This document shows, piece by piece, positions 10,862 to 25,105 of a DNA stretch of 64,000 nt. Position 1 is the first letter of the stretch. The number at the start of each line of letters is the position of its first letter. Below the pieces are notes generated by a model that had not been told where the DNA came from, made no database searches, and was given only the letters and a program-made list of their open reading frames with translations. Origin of the DNA: Selaginella moellendorffii (Eukaryota; Plantae; Lycopodiophyta); the NCBI RefSeq assembly GCF_000143415.4, contig NW_003314274.1, forward strand, positions 62,001-126,000, in the 5' to 3' direction. Made by a program: the position numbers and the translations under genes.

Positions 10862-12728
10862 GTGAGGTGATTTAAATCGAGCGAACCTTTAAGACAGAGT
10901 AGGCTCCTCGCCATGCTACGAGTACCGAGTGCCTTTCCTGCCAGAAAGTTGTATCTTGAACCAACCTGCAATGTACTTGAGCAGTTTAGACACTGAAAAA
11001 CTAGTGTCTAGGCACCTGTGTTTCGTAGCCTTGAGGAAGCTGATTTATAAAATCGTGTGCATTTGAAGTCCTGGCAGCCTCCTTGTTCGCATCATCTTTG
11101 CCGTAAAGTATGTTTTGCGCGATGGTGGTAGCGAACAAAGCTGGTTCTTGGTTGACGAGACCAATCTGTGACCGGAGCCATTTTAATTGTAGAGATTTGG
11201 TGTTGTAACCATCCAAGAGAATTTCTCCTGTAGAAGTATAAAACTCAGAAAAGAAATATAAATTCACCTGAACTTGTGTCATAAAACCTTTCAATGAGAG
11301 ATATTATCGTGCTCTTCCCCGAGCCACTGGGGCAAACAATGCCTATCGATTTTCCAGGCGGTATCTTGAGGCTCAGGTCGTGAAGAATTCGAGCATCTGG
11401 CCTGGAGGGATAGTTGAAGGTAACTTTATTCATCTCAAGCTCTCCACGGACGTGTTGAAGACAAAATTCCGTTGACTCTTCACTGTTACTGATCGTATTC
11501 TTGTCGTCTAAAGTTTCGCACTATGAGAAAAACGTTTAGCATCAGAACTCAAAACATAGTCGATAACAGTAACTTACAAGGCGCCTAAGAGCACGCAAAA
11601 TATTGTAGATAGAGCACTTGTCGTGCCGTTTCTTACGAGAATGCCACCGTACCACATCAGTAAGGCCCAGGAACACAAGGGCAACGTGCACATTGCTCCC
11701 ATTCCAATCCCTTTGGCACGTCCTGCTCGATCCCGGACGTAGCGTAGAACCGAGAGCAATGGTGTACAGACCGATCGTTGTTTGCTCGCCAAGGAACGAA
11801 CAGACTCTCCGAATTTGAGAAATTGCCTGCAATGGAGGTACTTTCGATTAAAAAGATTTGGTCTGGAAGTCTACGTACTGATGTTCCTTCTGGCTCCTGG
11901 ATGAAACGCCAGTGATGACATGAGCATAGAGACCTCCAGCCAGAATGACCACCGGTACGGCTGCCAGCCTCAAAAGTCCGAGCTGCCACACAGTTCCAAA
12001 TCCCATCCAAAAAACGTGGAATTGTGATGAATGAGGACTCCCATCTATGAAAGCAAAAGAGAGAGAGCTTACTTTCTCGCTTATGGCCTGCTGAATGACC
12101 AAAGTGTTGGAGGAAATGCTGCTAACGAGCTCTCCAGTTCTCGCATCGGCACCATCGAAGAACGAGATATCGTGCCGCCGATCCTGATCTTCCTGCATTG
12201 CTGCTCTCCGGTCTGGATCCAGCACGCAACACCCAGAGCCAAGAATCCCTTCAAATGTGTCAAGAACAAAATCCCTCTACCTATCCAAGACCTGCCAAAG
12301 AGGATCAATCCCAGACACAGGAAATCCAATGCCACCTGATCGATCGCGAGCAGCACAGCACGATCATGAAATCCGGCTCGAAATATCACGCTGTGATACA
12401 TGTGCCGAAGATCCCTGTCCGATCCAAGAACATGAGCCAATCGTCCGAAGGAGAAGAAGGAAATCGGCAGCGCCAGGCCGTGCGCGATGGCGCCGAGCGA
12501 TCCCAGCGCCATGAGCAAGTGGTTGCATCGATCGGCACAGAAGAAGAGCTTGTGGAGCGGCGCCAAGGATGAGGGCGCCCCATTGTTATAGAGCCCTAAA
12601 GATTTGGAGCCACTGGCATTTCCAGTTACACTTGTCATTTACATTTCTGCTACTCATTGCTATTTAGACGTATGGAACGATTAAAAAAGAAAGAGCGTTC
12701 TAGCTCAAGAAAAAGAAGAACGATCGAA
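10862..12728 (-). pseudogene. ABCB pseudogene, a deleted and frameshifted duplicate of 15332-19694
   Basis: Near-identical to 15305-15406 fused to 17762-19732. It has a ~2.35 kb internal deletion, several small deletions and frameshifts, and Walker A changed from GPSG to CPSG. Confidence 0.92.
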
Positions 12729-12739
12729 GAATTCTCTAA

Positions 12740-14590
12740 AGCTTTTGGCGAATGGTTTTTAATAACTTTGATTTTTGAAAAAATATAAATTTTGCTTAAT
12801 ATATTATATTAATCAATTAATTTCTGAATCTATTAAGAAATCTAAAATTTTGCGAAAAGGGAAATTGATATGAAGTCAAATAAATACTCATCATACGGTT
12901 GTGAATATAAAGATAAACCACATTTTTCTTTAATGATTATATGCTAAAACAAAATTCAAGCCTTTAGTGGCTATTTTATCTTCATTTATCCCCCAAATTT
13001 TAAGGATCACAATATATCAAAATCTCATCCCTGCTTGAATATTCTAGGATATAATGGTTGTCATTCATTTAGATGAATCTTGTATTTATAATTTATAAAC
13101 ATGTATATAATTTATAAACTTGCTTAAACACTTTTTAGTATAATTTTTTTAGTATGGTTGATATGTAATAAAATTAATCTTGTGTTTATAAATTATAAAT
13201 ATGTTTATAATTATAAACTTGTATTTGATCAATTGGATTAATAAGTAGGAATAATACTATTATTAAGCAAACCAAGTGTTGCTACATGCAATGCATAACA
13301 ATTTATTCTATACTTTAGAATGTTAAATAGAAATCATCCAAATTGTAGAGGTAATGGATTATTTTGGGATATTTTGCCATTTAAAGGTTATTATTCATTT
13401 AAATAAATCTTTTATTTATAATTTTAAAAATTTCTAAATAACTTTTAGTATATTCTAATTTATTTTATCTGATGGTTAATATGTGATAAGATTAGTTTTG
13501 TGTTTATAAATTATTAACATGTTTCAAATTATAAACTTCCAATTGATCAATTATATTAATAAATAATAAGCACTCTTCCAAAGAGGGGATAAGGAGGATA
13601 TAGAAAACCAATGGAGTGAGTTTAACTTCCTATATATGGTATTAAATGAGAATAAAAATTGTAAATTCAAGTTAACATATGTCTCTCGAAAGTTAACTAA
13701 AAGGAAGATACAAATGTAAGTTTTGCTAATGGTTGTGAGTCTAGATTAACAATGATCTTGAAGGATGGATAGATATATCACTTATTACAATGGTGTTTTT
13801 TGGATCAAATGGTCTCGAAGGATGGATGGATATATCATTTCCTACAATGGTGTTTTTTGGATTAAAGTTTTTTATTTTAGTTCAAAATTATAGTTTCAAG
13901 GTTGATTTAAGCATTTAGTAGTTGTATATAAAGTTATAATTGGTTCATCAAAATTACATAGTTAACTTATGTTTGTGCCATGGCTTTGGGTTATGTTTAT
14001 ATCATAATTGTTAACAATTACATAAGTAGTTTTGTAGGAGTTTCAAGTTCTTGTGGCAATTTATAATCACTTTACTACAACTCTAAATGTTCCACTTAAC
14101 ACTTTTCATCTTACAAGGAAGAATGATGTAAAATGTATAAATATATATACAATAAATTAATCGTAGTATTATAGCATATGGATAATTTATTTGGGACTAA
14201 ATTCTTGCATATATAAGTATAGGTCTAAACCTAAATTAATATACTTATCCCATAATTTTATGGTTTATCAATTATTAGATAGTAAAATAAACTAGGAACT
14301 GTTTGGGAAAGTTTATAAATTATAAACATATTTATAAAATAAATATAAAATTAATCTAAATGAATATTAACTATTAAATGGTAAAATATTCTAAAATATT
14401 TAAATATATCTTAAGTATATCCACTACCATTATTATACCTTATTAACCATAGGATGTGATACAAAATTGGCAATGGAACTTTGTGTTGGACTTAATTGTT
14501 TAGCCTTGTCTCAACTACATAAACTACTTGTCATATAAATGTGGTAATAAAGCCTTTGAGACCTGAGAAATTTAAAAATTCTAATATAAA
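12740..14590. mobile_element. AT-rich non-coding repeat, probable non-autonomous DNA transposon remnant
   Basis: Very AT-rich with no ORFs. Internal direct repeats lie at ~13040-13250 and ~13360-13560, with an inverted copy at ~14310-14400 and a ~60-bp tandem pair at 13755-13865. It shares a segment with 43085-43167. Confidence 0.55.
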
Positions 14591-14592
14591 GA

Positions 14593-15280
<688 letters not shown>

Positions 15281-15331
15281 GAGGAAAACAACAATTTATG
15301 TAACGTGAGGTGATTTAAATCGAGCGAACCT

Positions 15332-18300
15332 TTATGACGATGACTGGAGCTTGATGAGCTGAGCGTAGGCTCCTCGCTTGGCTACGAGCTCCGAGTGCCT
15401 TCCCTGCTCCACAATCTCACCGTCATGCAGCACGGCAATCTGGTCGGCACTGCAAATCGTAGATAGCCTGTGCGCCACAACCACTGTCGTTCTCTCCTCC
15501 ATCAGCCGCTCAAGAGCTTCCTGGACAGTTCTCTCAGACTCGGCGTCTAGAGCACTCGTGGCTTCGTCCAGCAATAGTATTGCAGGATTTTTGAGAACGG
15601 CTCGTGCAATTGCTACCCGCTGCTTCTGACCACCTGGAGATCAATGAATGATGTAGTGCTTCGTTTTAGAATCAGACAAAAGTTGTCGACGTACCTGAAA
15701 GTTGGACACCTCGCTCACCAACGTTTGTAGCGTATCCATCGGGAAGGCTGCTAATAAACTCGTGGGCGTTGGCTGCCTTTGCAGCAGCCACAATCTCGGC
15801 TTCCGAAGCACTCTCTTTTCCGTAGGCGATGTTCTCGCAAATGCTCGTTCCAAAAAGAGCTGGTTCTTGTTGCACTAGACCAACATGACGCCTGTACGCC
15901 TTGACGTTGAGCTTTTTGACATCTCTGCCGTCCACAAGAACCATCCCCTTGAAAGGATCATAGAACCTTTCCACCAATGCAATAACCGAGCTCTTCCCGG
16001 AGCCGCTGGGACCGACCAAAGCCAAACTCCGTCCAGCTCGAATCTTCAAGTTCAGGCCAGCAAAGATAGCTACCTCGGGTCTCGACGGATATGCAAAGTG
16101 AATGTCTCGGAGTTCTATATCACCCCGGAGTTTAATGAGCTTTCGTGACCTTGGACCGTCCAAATCTATTTCCGTTGCTCTGTCCAGCAGCTCAAACACT
16201 GATTTGAATGACTTTGCCGTCTTGGAAATGTCCGGAAGCATTGCTAGACTGTCTGCGATGGGAAATGCCGCCATGACGAGGACGAGAAAAGCTTGCAGAA
16301 CGTTTGCGGGGCTTGATTTGCTTGCTTTGACGAGGACGGCACCGTACCAAAGGCCGAGACCATAGGACCCGAACAGAGACAGAGTCGAGAATCCATAGCC
16401 GAGTCCCACAATGCTTCCATGAAACAAGCTGCGTTTAGCCGGGGTCTGAAGCTCCAAAGTAACTAAGTTGACGAGTTTCTTTTCTGCGTTGAATGCTGCT
16501 ATAGTTCGAATATTGCTCACAGCATCTCCGGCCAGCATGCTTGCCCGAGAATGAGATCTTTCCAGATCTCCAGCCAATCCTTGAAGGAACAATTTCTAAG
16601 GGAGAGCATTGTGTCAGTAAAGCAAACAATGTAAAAGGCCAGCTCACCTGCGCAAAGGTCGACAATACAATAAACGGAAAAGTTGCGGCCACGACAATTG
16701 CTACTCGCCACTCCACCAAAAAAGCTATGGCGAACGAAGCAACTATCACAGCGACGTTTTGAACCATTGAACCTAGTATATCTCCACTTGCAGATTTCAT
16801 GTACACGGCATCAGAAGCCAAACGAGAGGCAAGCTGGCTGCTTGAATGCTCTTCTCGATCAAACCAGCTTATCTCATTGCGTAAAATACCTGCATCACAG
16901 AGGTTGTAAGACATGATACTGAACATAACTAAGGATGGTGCTTACCCGATAGCATCATTTTTCTTACGCGCATCGTCAAGTTTTCCCCAGCAATCCCAAA
17001 TGAGTAGTACTGTACAAAAAGGGCAACAAATGCCCCCACAGCAACCATGACGAAGACCACGCTGTACTTTGCTGTGTGCCGTTTCATTTCTTCGAAGTCC
17101 TGATAGTAGTAGACGTCGAGAATTTTGGAGACGAGGAATGAGTATGCCGGATTAGGAAGGCCCGAACACACAGCTCCAATCGTACCAAGAACCAAGAACG
17201 GCAAATCTGGTAAGTTGATTGTCACGAACTTCTTCAGAACATCATCGGCCTCGACATTTTCCTCGTCTTCCCTTGAGGTAAAACTTAGACCGTTCAGTTT
17301 TGACAATCTGAAGCTGCCACCGGTGCTGGAATTTAGATCATCCACACTCGACAACCTACGAAAGCTGCTCGAGGAGCAATTAGAAAGCCTGCATGAAATA
17401 GTTCACTTAATAAGCTCAAAGTGAACTATGTGTACTTTACCTTGAGGTAGCTTCCGTTGTTCTGGCTTCCTCAAGCCGAACAAGTCCCGAATATACAGAT
17501 TTTTCGTCGGCAATAAGCTGTTGGTGCGATCCGGTTTCCACAAGCCTTCCATTTTGAAGCACAGCAATGGAATCGGTGCCTTTGACAGTACACAACCTGT
17601 GTGCTATAATAACTGTCGTTCTTGCCACCATGATTTTGTCGAGTGCGTCTTGTACCACATTCTCGGACTCAGCATCTAAAGCACTAGTTGCCTCATCCAA
17701 CAACAGTATCGCTGGATTTCTGACCAATGCTCTAGCTATGGCTATCCTCTGCTTTTGGCCTCCAGAAAGTTGTAAGCCTCTTGAACCAACCTGCAATGTA
17801 CTTGAGCAGTTTAGACACTGAAAAACTAGTGTCTAGGCACCTGTGTTTCGTAGCCTTGAGGAAGCTGATTTATAAAATCGTGCGCATTTGAAGTCCTGGC
17901 AGCCAGCTTTATCTCCTCCATGTTCGCATCATCTTTGCCATAAAGTATGTTTTGCGCGATGGTGGTAGCGAACAAAGCTGGTTCTTGGTTAACGAGACCA
18001 ATCTGTAACCGGAGCCATTTTAATTGTAGAGATTTGGTGTTGTAACCATCCAAGAGAATTTCTCCTGTAGAAGTATAAAACTCAGAAAAGAAATATAAAC
18101 AAAGAAGCAATTCACCTGAAGTTGGGTCGTAAAACCTTTCAATGAGAGATATTATCGTGCTCTTCCCGGAGCCACTGGGGCCAACAATGCCTATCGATTT
18201 TCCAGGCGGTATCTTGAGGCTCAGGTCGTGAAGAATTCGAGCATCTGGCCTGGAGGGATAGTTGAAGGTAACTTTATTCAGCTCAAGCTCTCCACGGACG

Positions 18301-19694
18301 TGTTGAAGACAAAATTCGGTTGACTCTTCACTGTTACTGATCGTATTCTTGTCGTCTAAAGTTTCCAGAATTTTGAACGCAGCGGCTCTTGCTTTCGATA
18401 TAGCAGCAATGGTCGGAGCAGTCTGTCCGAGAGCACTATGAGAAAAACGTTCAGCATCAGAACTCAAAACATAATCAATAACAGTAACTTACAAGGCACC
18501 TAAGAGCACGCAAAATATTGTAGATAGAGCTTTTCCACCGTTTGTCGTGCGGTTTCTTACGAGAATGCCACCGTACCACATCAGTAAGGCCCAGGAACAC
18601 AAGGGCAATGCATACATTGCTCCCATTCCAATCCCTTTGACAAGTCCGGCTCTATATCCCAGACGTAGCGTAGAACCGAGCGCAGCGGTGTACAGACTGA
18701 TCGTCTTTTGCTCGCCAACAAACGAATAGACTGTCCGAATTTGAGAAATTGCCTGCAAGTCAGTCTGGAGTAAGAAATTTAGTCTGGAAGTCTACGTACT
18801 TACTCCTTCAACGATGTTTCCCGCTTTGTCGTATTCCTTCTGGGTCTTCGATGAAACGCCAGTGATGACATGAGCGTAGAGACCTCCAGCTAGAATGACC
18901 ACCGGTACGGTTGCCAGCGTCAAAAGTCCGAGCTGCCACACAGTTGCAAATCCCAATGCGATGCCTCCAAAAAACGTGGAAACGTGATGGATGAGGACTC
19001 CCATCTACGAAAGAGCAAAAGGGAGAGGGAAGAAACATCACATCTACAAACTATTGAATGAAAGCGATTAAAGTACTCACTTTCTCGCTTATAGCCTGCT
19101 GGATGAGCAAAGTGTTGGAGGAAATGCTGCTAACGAGCTCCCCAGTCCTCGCGTCGTCGCGATCGAAGAACGAGATATCGTGTCGCAGGATTGCCTCCAA
19201 GTAGCTGATCCTGATCTTCCTGCATTGCCGCTCTCCGGTCTGGATCCAGCACGCAACCTCTGCAACATGATCCAGAGCTAGGAATTCCTCCCATTGTTTC
19301 AAGAACAAAATCCCTCTACCTAGCCAAGACGCGCCAAAGAGGATCAATCCCAGATACAAGAAATCCAATGCCACCTGATCGATCGCGAGCACGATCACGA
19401 GAGATCACAACGAAATATCCATACCTTGGACACGCTGTGATACATGTGCCGAAGATCCTTGTCCGATCCAAGAACATGAGCCAATCGTCCGAAGGAGAAG
19501 AAGAAAATCGGCAGCGCCAGGCCGTGCGCGATGGCGCCGAGCGATCCCAGCGCCATGAGCAAGTGGTCGCATCGATCGGCAAAGAAGAAGAGCTTGTGGA
19601 GCGGCGCCAAGGATGAGAGTGTTCCATCGCTATTGAGCCCTAAACATTTGGAGCCACTGGCGTTGGCATTTCCACTTACATTCGTTCTAGTCAT
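15332..19694 (-). CDS. ABCB: Full-size ABC transporter B family (P-glycoprotein/MDR), multi-exon
   Basis: TMD-NBD-TMD-NBD layout. GPSGSGKS occurs twice, LSGGQKQR twice and [10 protein letters not shown] twice. Confidence 0.93.
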
Positions 19695-20090
19695 TACAAG
19701 AGCGTTCTAGCTCAAAGAAGAAGAACGATCGAGTAAGAGAGAGAGAGAACTCTCTTTCCAGTGAGGTGAAAACTAGAAAACAAAGAAATCTCTAAGCTTT
19801 TGCAAATCTGATTCTTCCAGCCAAGCTACACACAAAAAAAAAAGTGAAGATCACAGCTAAGTAGCGAGATCCCTCGCTAGTGTTTTTTTTCTTCTTCTCT
19901 TTCTTTGCGAGATTTGTCGGTTGTCTGCCCAGGATCCAGCATCTTCGACATGTGACGAGACTCGTTCATCGAACATGAGATTTTCAAAGCTCTTGACTTG
20001 GTATCAAAGAAACCAAAGAAAAACCAAGAACTTTGTCCGAGAAGTTGACAAAAAAATGGTTTTTTTTTTTTTGTGTGTGTTCTTCATCAG

Positions 20091-23000
20091 CTAGCTCGGA
20101 GGACTGTGCTGCTGCTGCAATTTTATAAGATGCGAGTAAGCACCATCGGCTTTCGCGACAAGCTCCCAGTGACTTCCCTGCTCCACGATGGTTCCATCCT
20201 GGATCACCGCGATCTTGTCCGCGTTTCGTATCGTGGACAAGCGATGAGCAACCACGATTGTCGTCCGGCCTCTCATCAACCTGTCCAGCGCCTCCTGGAC
20301 GATGTGCTCCGACTCGGCATCCAGCGCGCTGGTGGCCTCGTCCAGCAGGAGGATCGTCGGGTTCTTGAGCACTGCTCGAGCGATCGCCACCCTTTGCTTC
20401 TGTCCACCCGAGAGCTGCGCTCCTCGCTCGCCGACGCTGGTTTTGTAGCCATCCGGCAGCGCGCTGATGAAGTTGTGAGCGTTTGCTGCTGTTGCTGCCT
20501 CGATGATCTCGCTCTCCGTCGCGTCTTCCTTGCCGTAGCGGATGTTTTCCTGGATCGACGTCGCAAAGAGAGCCGGTTCTTGCTGGACGAGGCCGACGAA
20601 GCGCCTGTATGATCGTAAGTTGAGGAGCCTGATGTCCTTGCCATCCACCAAAACTTTCCCTGCCACTGGATCGTAGAACCTCTCGACTAGTGAGATGACC
20701 GAGCTCTTCCCGGACCCGCTAGCTCCAACTATCGCCAGGCTCTGGCCGATGTGAACCTTCAAGTTTAAGTTCTTGAAGATGGTAACTTCCGGCCTTGTTG
20801 GATAGTAAAAGTCCACGCTTCTAAGCTCGATCTCTCCCTTCATGTTCTTGACAGTCTCGGCACTGGGATCGTCCGGGTTAATCTCTGTTTTTCTGTCCAG
20901 AATCGCAAACACCGACTTGAGAGCCTGGCCACCTTTCACAATGTCTGGACTTAAGCCGAGTGACTCCCCTATACCGTTGGAGGTGATAACCAGCACGAGG
21001 AAGGCTTTGATGGCGTTGCCAAAGCTTGCTTTGCCATCTCGGACGACCAAACCGGCGTACCAGAGCCCGAGACCGAACGAGGCGAACAGGAAGAAGGAGC
21101 CGACACCATAGCCAATTCCCGCTATCTGTCCTCGAACGAAGCTACTCCTCTTCGGGACTTCGAGTTCGTCAGTAACTAGCTCGACCATCTTGGCCTCGGC
21201 GTTGAATGCTGCCACCGTTCGTATGTTGCTCACGGCCTCGCCGGTTAGCTTGGTAGCTCGCTCGTGAGCCTTTTCAATGTTCCCGGCAAAGCCTTTGAGG
21301 AACATTTGCTGGATAGTACACAAAATTCAAGTTTAAAGAGCAGCGAAAGATGAAGCATCACGTAAACCACGTACCTCCGAGATGCCCGAGGCGACGAGTA
21401 GAGGCAGCGAAGCGGTGACGACAAGTGCTATCCTCCATTCCACAATGAACGCTATAAGGAAAGCTGATACCAAGAGTGACGAGTTTTGGAGGATAATAGC
21501 AACTCTATCTCCCATGGTGGCTCTAACAAAACCCGCATTGGTCGATAGCTTGGAGGCAATCTGACTGCTGCCGTTCTCGTCACGATCGAACCAGCTCACC
21601 TCAAATCTTGTGACGGCTATAAGACGAAACAAAGAAAAACAAAACGTAAGAAAATCTGTGGATAAGTGAGAAAACTATAGTACCTGTGAACATGAGTTCT
21701 CGGATACGCTTTGTAAGGCTCTCTCCAGTTACTCCAAACGAGTAGTGCAAGAGGGAGTGTATCATCCCCACACTGACGCCTATGCAGACGAAGATGATGG
21801 AGTATTTTTGCACTTCGGACTTCATGTAGCTCTTGTCCGGATTGTAATAGATGCTTAAGACGCTGCTGATGATCATCGCAAACACTGGATTTACGAGCCC
21901 CGCCACAACCGCAGCTGCGCTTCCGAGAAGAAGAAATGGCCATTCTGCTGCGTTGAGCTTCAGGAGTCTAAAGAAGTAGGAGCCTTTTTTCTCCTGCGCT
22001 TCAAGCTCAACACCTTCGACCAGTCCGTCTGACTTTGTGCTTGACTGCCGGCTTATGAAGCTCCTGACTCTTGAAAAACTTATCAGGCCGCTATGCTCTG
22101 CACTGCTTCTTCTCATCGAGGTCGATCCAGCTTGAGACTTGAGAGATTGCCTGCAAGAACAGAGAGCAAAGTATAGTAAGTTAAAAATCCAACATTTCTC
22201 AAACCTTTCGTCTCGAGCAACTTCTCTGGCCATGTTTTGGAGGTGTACTAACGTCGCGTATGCTCCCCCGTCACCTCTAGAGGACAGCTCGTCATGAGTC
22301 CCAAGCTCCACAATCTTTCCTTCTTGGACGACGGCGATGGTGTCGGCGTTTTGAATCGTGGAGAGACGATGCGCGATGATCACGGTCGTGTGTCCGTGCA
22401 TGAGCTTGTCCAGAGCATCCTGGACAACATGCTCGGACTCTGCGTCCAAAGCACTGGTTGCTTCGTCGAAGAGAAGAATGGAGGGATTCTTCAAGATGGC
22501 TCTCGCGATTGCTATACGTTGTTTCTGACCGCCCGAGAGCTGGACACCTCTCTCTCCAGCCTGGAAGATCGAAGCAATGAAAAGAAGTATTTCTCCCTGC
22601 GAACTAATTCACAGCATACCTGAGTCTCATATCCGTGTGGAAGTTGTGAGATAAAGCTGTGAGCGTTTGCTGCTTTTGCGGCGTCCTCGATCTCTTCCCT
22701 GGTTGCTGATGGTTTACCGTAAAGGATATTGTTTCGTATAGTCGTGGCAAACAAAGCAGGCTCCTGATTCACAAGCCCGATTTGAGATCTTAGCCATTTA
22801 AGATCCAAAGTTCTGATGTCGTGACCATCAACAAGAATTCTCCCTGATAAAAGAAAGTCAGATTAGTGGGTATGTAATCATAAGACTGAACTGAAATATT
22901 ACCAGAGGTTGGATCATAAAAGCGCTCTATAAGCGACACAACCGTGCTTTTCCCTGAGCCACTACCGCCAACGATCGCAACACATTTTGCTGCCGGGATC

Positions 23001-24561
23001 GATAAAGAAAAGCCTTCAAAGACTTTTATATCCGGTCGTGAAGGATAGCTAAAGTGCACGTCCTGGAGGTCGACATGTCCTTCAACTATGGATAGTGTTT
23101 CGCCTTTCGAGCTGGTGTTGATAGTTGGCTTGTGATTGATCGCCTTTAAGATTGTCTGCGTCGCTGCTCTCGCTTTAGCGAGAGCACCAATACTCGGAGA
23201 GGCCTGTCCCAAGGAACTGCAAGGAAAAAAACACGAAAAGAAAACACTCTCTTAAGTTTCACAGGAGCGATAAGTATTAAGCATGATACTTACATACCAC
23301 CGATAAGAACGGCGAAAATCGTCGACAAAACCGAGCCTCCGGTGGCATCTCCCTTCCTGACGAGGACTCCACCGTACCACAGGAGCAAGGCCCATGCACA
23401 GAACATGGTTCCATACAGTCCTCCAACTCCAAAGCCTTTGGCAGCTCCACCTTTGTATCCCAGCTTCAATGATTTCTTGAGAGCATTTGTATAAGCAGCG
23501 AGGGCCTTCGTTTCACCGACAAAGGAGTAAACTGTACGTATTTGAGCGGTCATCTGGAAAGAAGAAAAGAATAAACTTTAACTCTCATACGTCAACTCTA
23601 CAAGCTAAAGTCTACGAAAGAAACACAAAAATACCTCTTCTACAATGTTTCCTGGCTCAGTATCAGCCTGGCCTTTTGACGCAATCCCTGTGATAGCTTT
23701 GGTATAGAATCCCCCTACTACAGCAATCACGGGAAGAATGGCCAAAGTTACAAGGCCGAGCTGCCAAACGGTAGCAAAACCGACAACGAATCCTCCAATA
23801 AATGTACTGACAAAGTGTAGGAATCCTCCCATCTACACGAACAGTCTTAGCTAGCGGAAGAAACCAAGAAGACAAACTCACCTTCTCACCAATTGCCTCT
23901 TGAATTGTTAACATGTTGCCCGAAAGATTGTCAACGATATCACCTGTTCGAGCCTCGAGATCGAAGTAAGAGATGTCTTGCTTGAGCATGGCTTCCAGGT
24001 AGACGATCCTCATTCTGGAGACTTGACGCTCACCAGCTTGCATCCAAAGCGCTACCTCTGCAGTCAAGAAAAGCTTTTAGCTCCCCAAGATCGCAAAAAG
24101 CCATATAGATTACAAACCAGCCCAGGAGGCAAACAAGATAGCGATTCCCAGATACACGAAGTACAAAGAGTACTGGAAGAAGAACAGAGCTGTTTCAAGC
24201 AAGAGAGAAAGACTCAAAGAAGTACCTTTGATACTTGGCGATACATTTCTTGTGGATCGCTGGCCAGACTTCCAAAACTGTTGAGCAGCTTCCCGAAGAG
24301 GAGGAGGAAGATTGGCAGGGCAAGTCCGTGAGCCACAGCTCCGATAGTTCCCCCAAACATGAAAGCACAGTCGACACCATCGGCAAACGCGAAGATCTTG
24401 TGCAAGGGGATGCTGGCCTGCTTCTCCTCCTCCATTTTCTTCTCGGAGGAGATGGAGTTGTCCTCCATCGTCCTGTCGAGCCTCTCCAATTTCTTGTCAA
24501 AAGCGGTCTTCTCGGATGCTACTTCTTTCCTGGAGTTGCCGCTAACTTCAATACCTTCCAT
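20091..24561 (-). CDS. ABCB: Full-size ABC transporter B family (P-glycoprotein/MDR), multi-exon
   Basis: TMD-NBD-TMD-NBD layout with [24 protein letters not shown] twice and DEATSALD twice. It is an older tandem paralogue of the neighbouring gene. Confidence 0.95.
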
Positions 24562-24937
24562 GCTCTCCTAAAAGTGAGGAGAATCAGCCCTGATTGGAAG
24601 AGTTTTAAGTCAAACACACTTGGCTTGGCTCTCACGGAAACAAAGTCTTGATAACCTACACAAGCTTGGTAAGAATTTCCACAGCGTTTACACGGAAGAG
24701 AATCCTTACTTGAGATGCGATCCAAATTGAATAGCTCTGCGAGGAAGAATCAAAAGCAATGCATCGATCGCGAGCGGCACTGCGCGACAAAGCCAAATCA
24801 AATACGAATGGAACAATAACAATCGGTCCACTGGAGATTAAAAAATCACGCTCCACAGTGGCGCGATTTGGAAGCATTCTTGTCATTGCGCCTCCTTCTA
24901 GAAATCCCCTTGTAAACCCTAAATCTGGGGGGTTAGT

Positions 24938-24993
24938 ACACGTGGCAGATTCTAAGCAGTCCACGTGGCAGTTTATGGGCAGTCAGCGTGGCA
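24938..24993 (+). promoter_or_regulatory. Paired G-box/ABRE motifs in the divergent ABCB/Sec14 promoter
   Basis: ACACGTGGCA (24938), CCACGTGGCA (24961) and a variant GCGTGGCA (~24986). Confidence 0.5.
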
Positions 24994-25105
24994 CAATGTC
25001 GAACGTTCTGGCAGCGATTTCCAGGTTAGCGTGGGAGCTGTCGTTCGTCAAAAGCTGGCACACGCAGAGAGAGAGGGATCGAGGAGCTAGGGTTTTGGAT
25101 GGGCA

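Noticed and set aside
13040-13865. CRISPR-like repeat array
   Set aside because: The repeats are degenerate, AT-rich and irregular with no spacer structure, and the context is eukaryotic.
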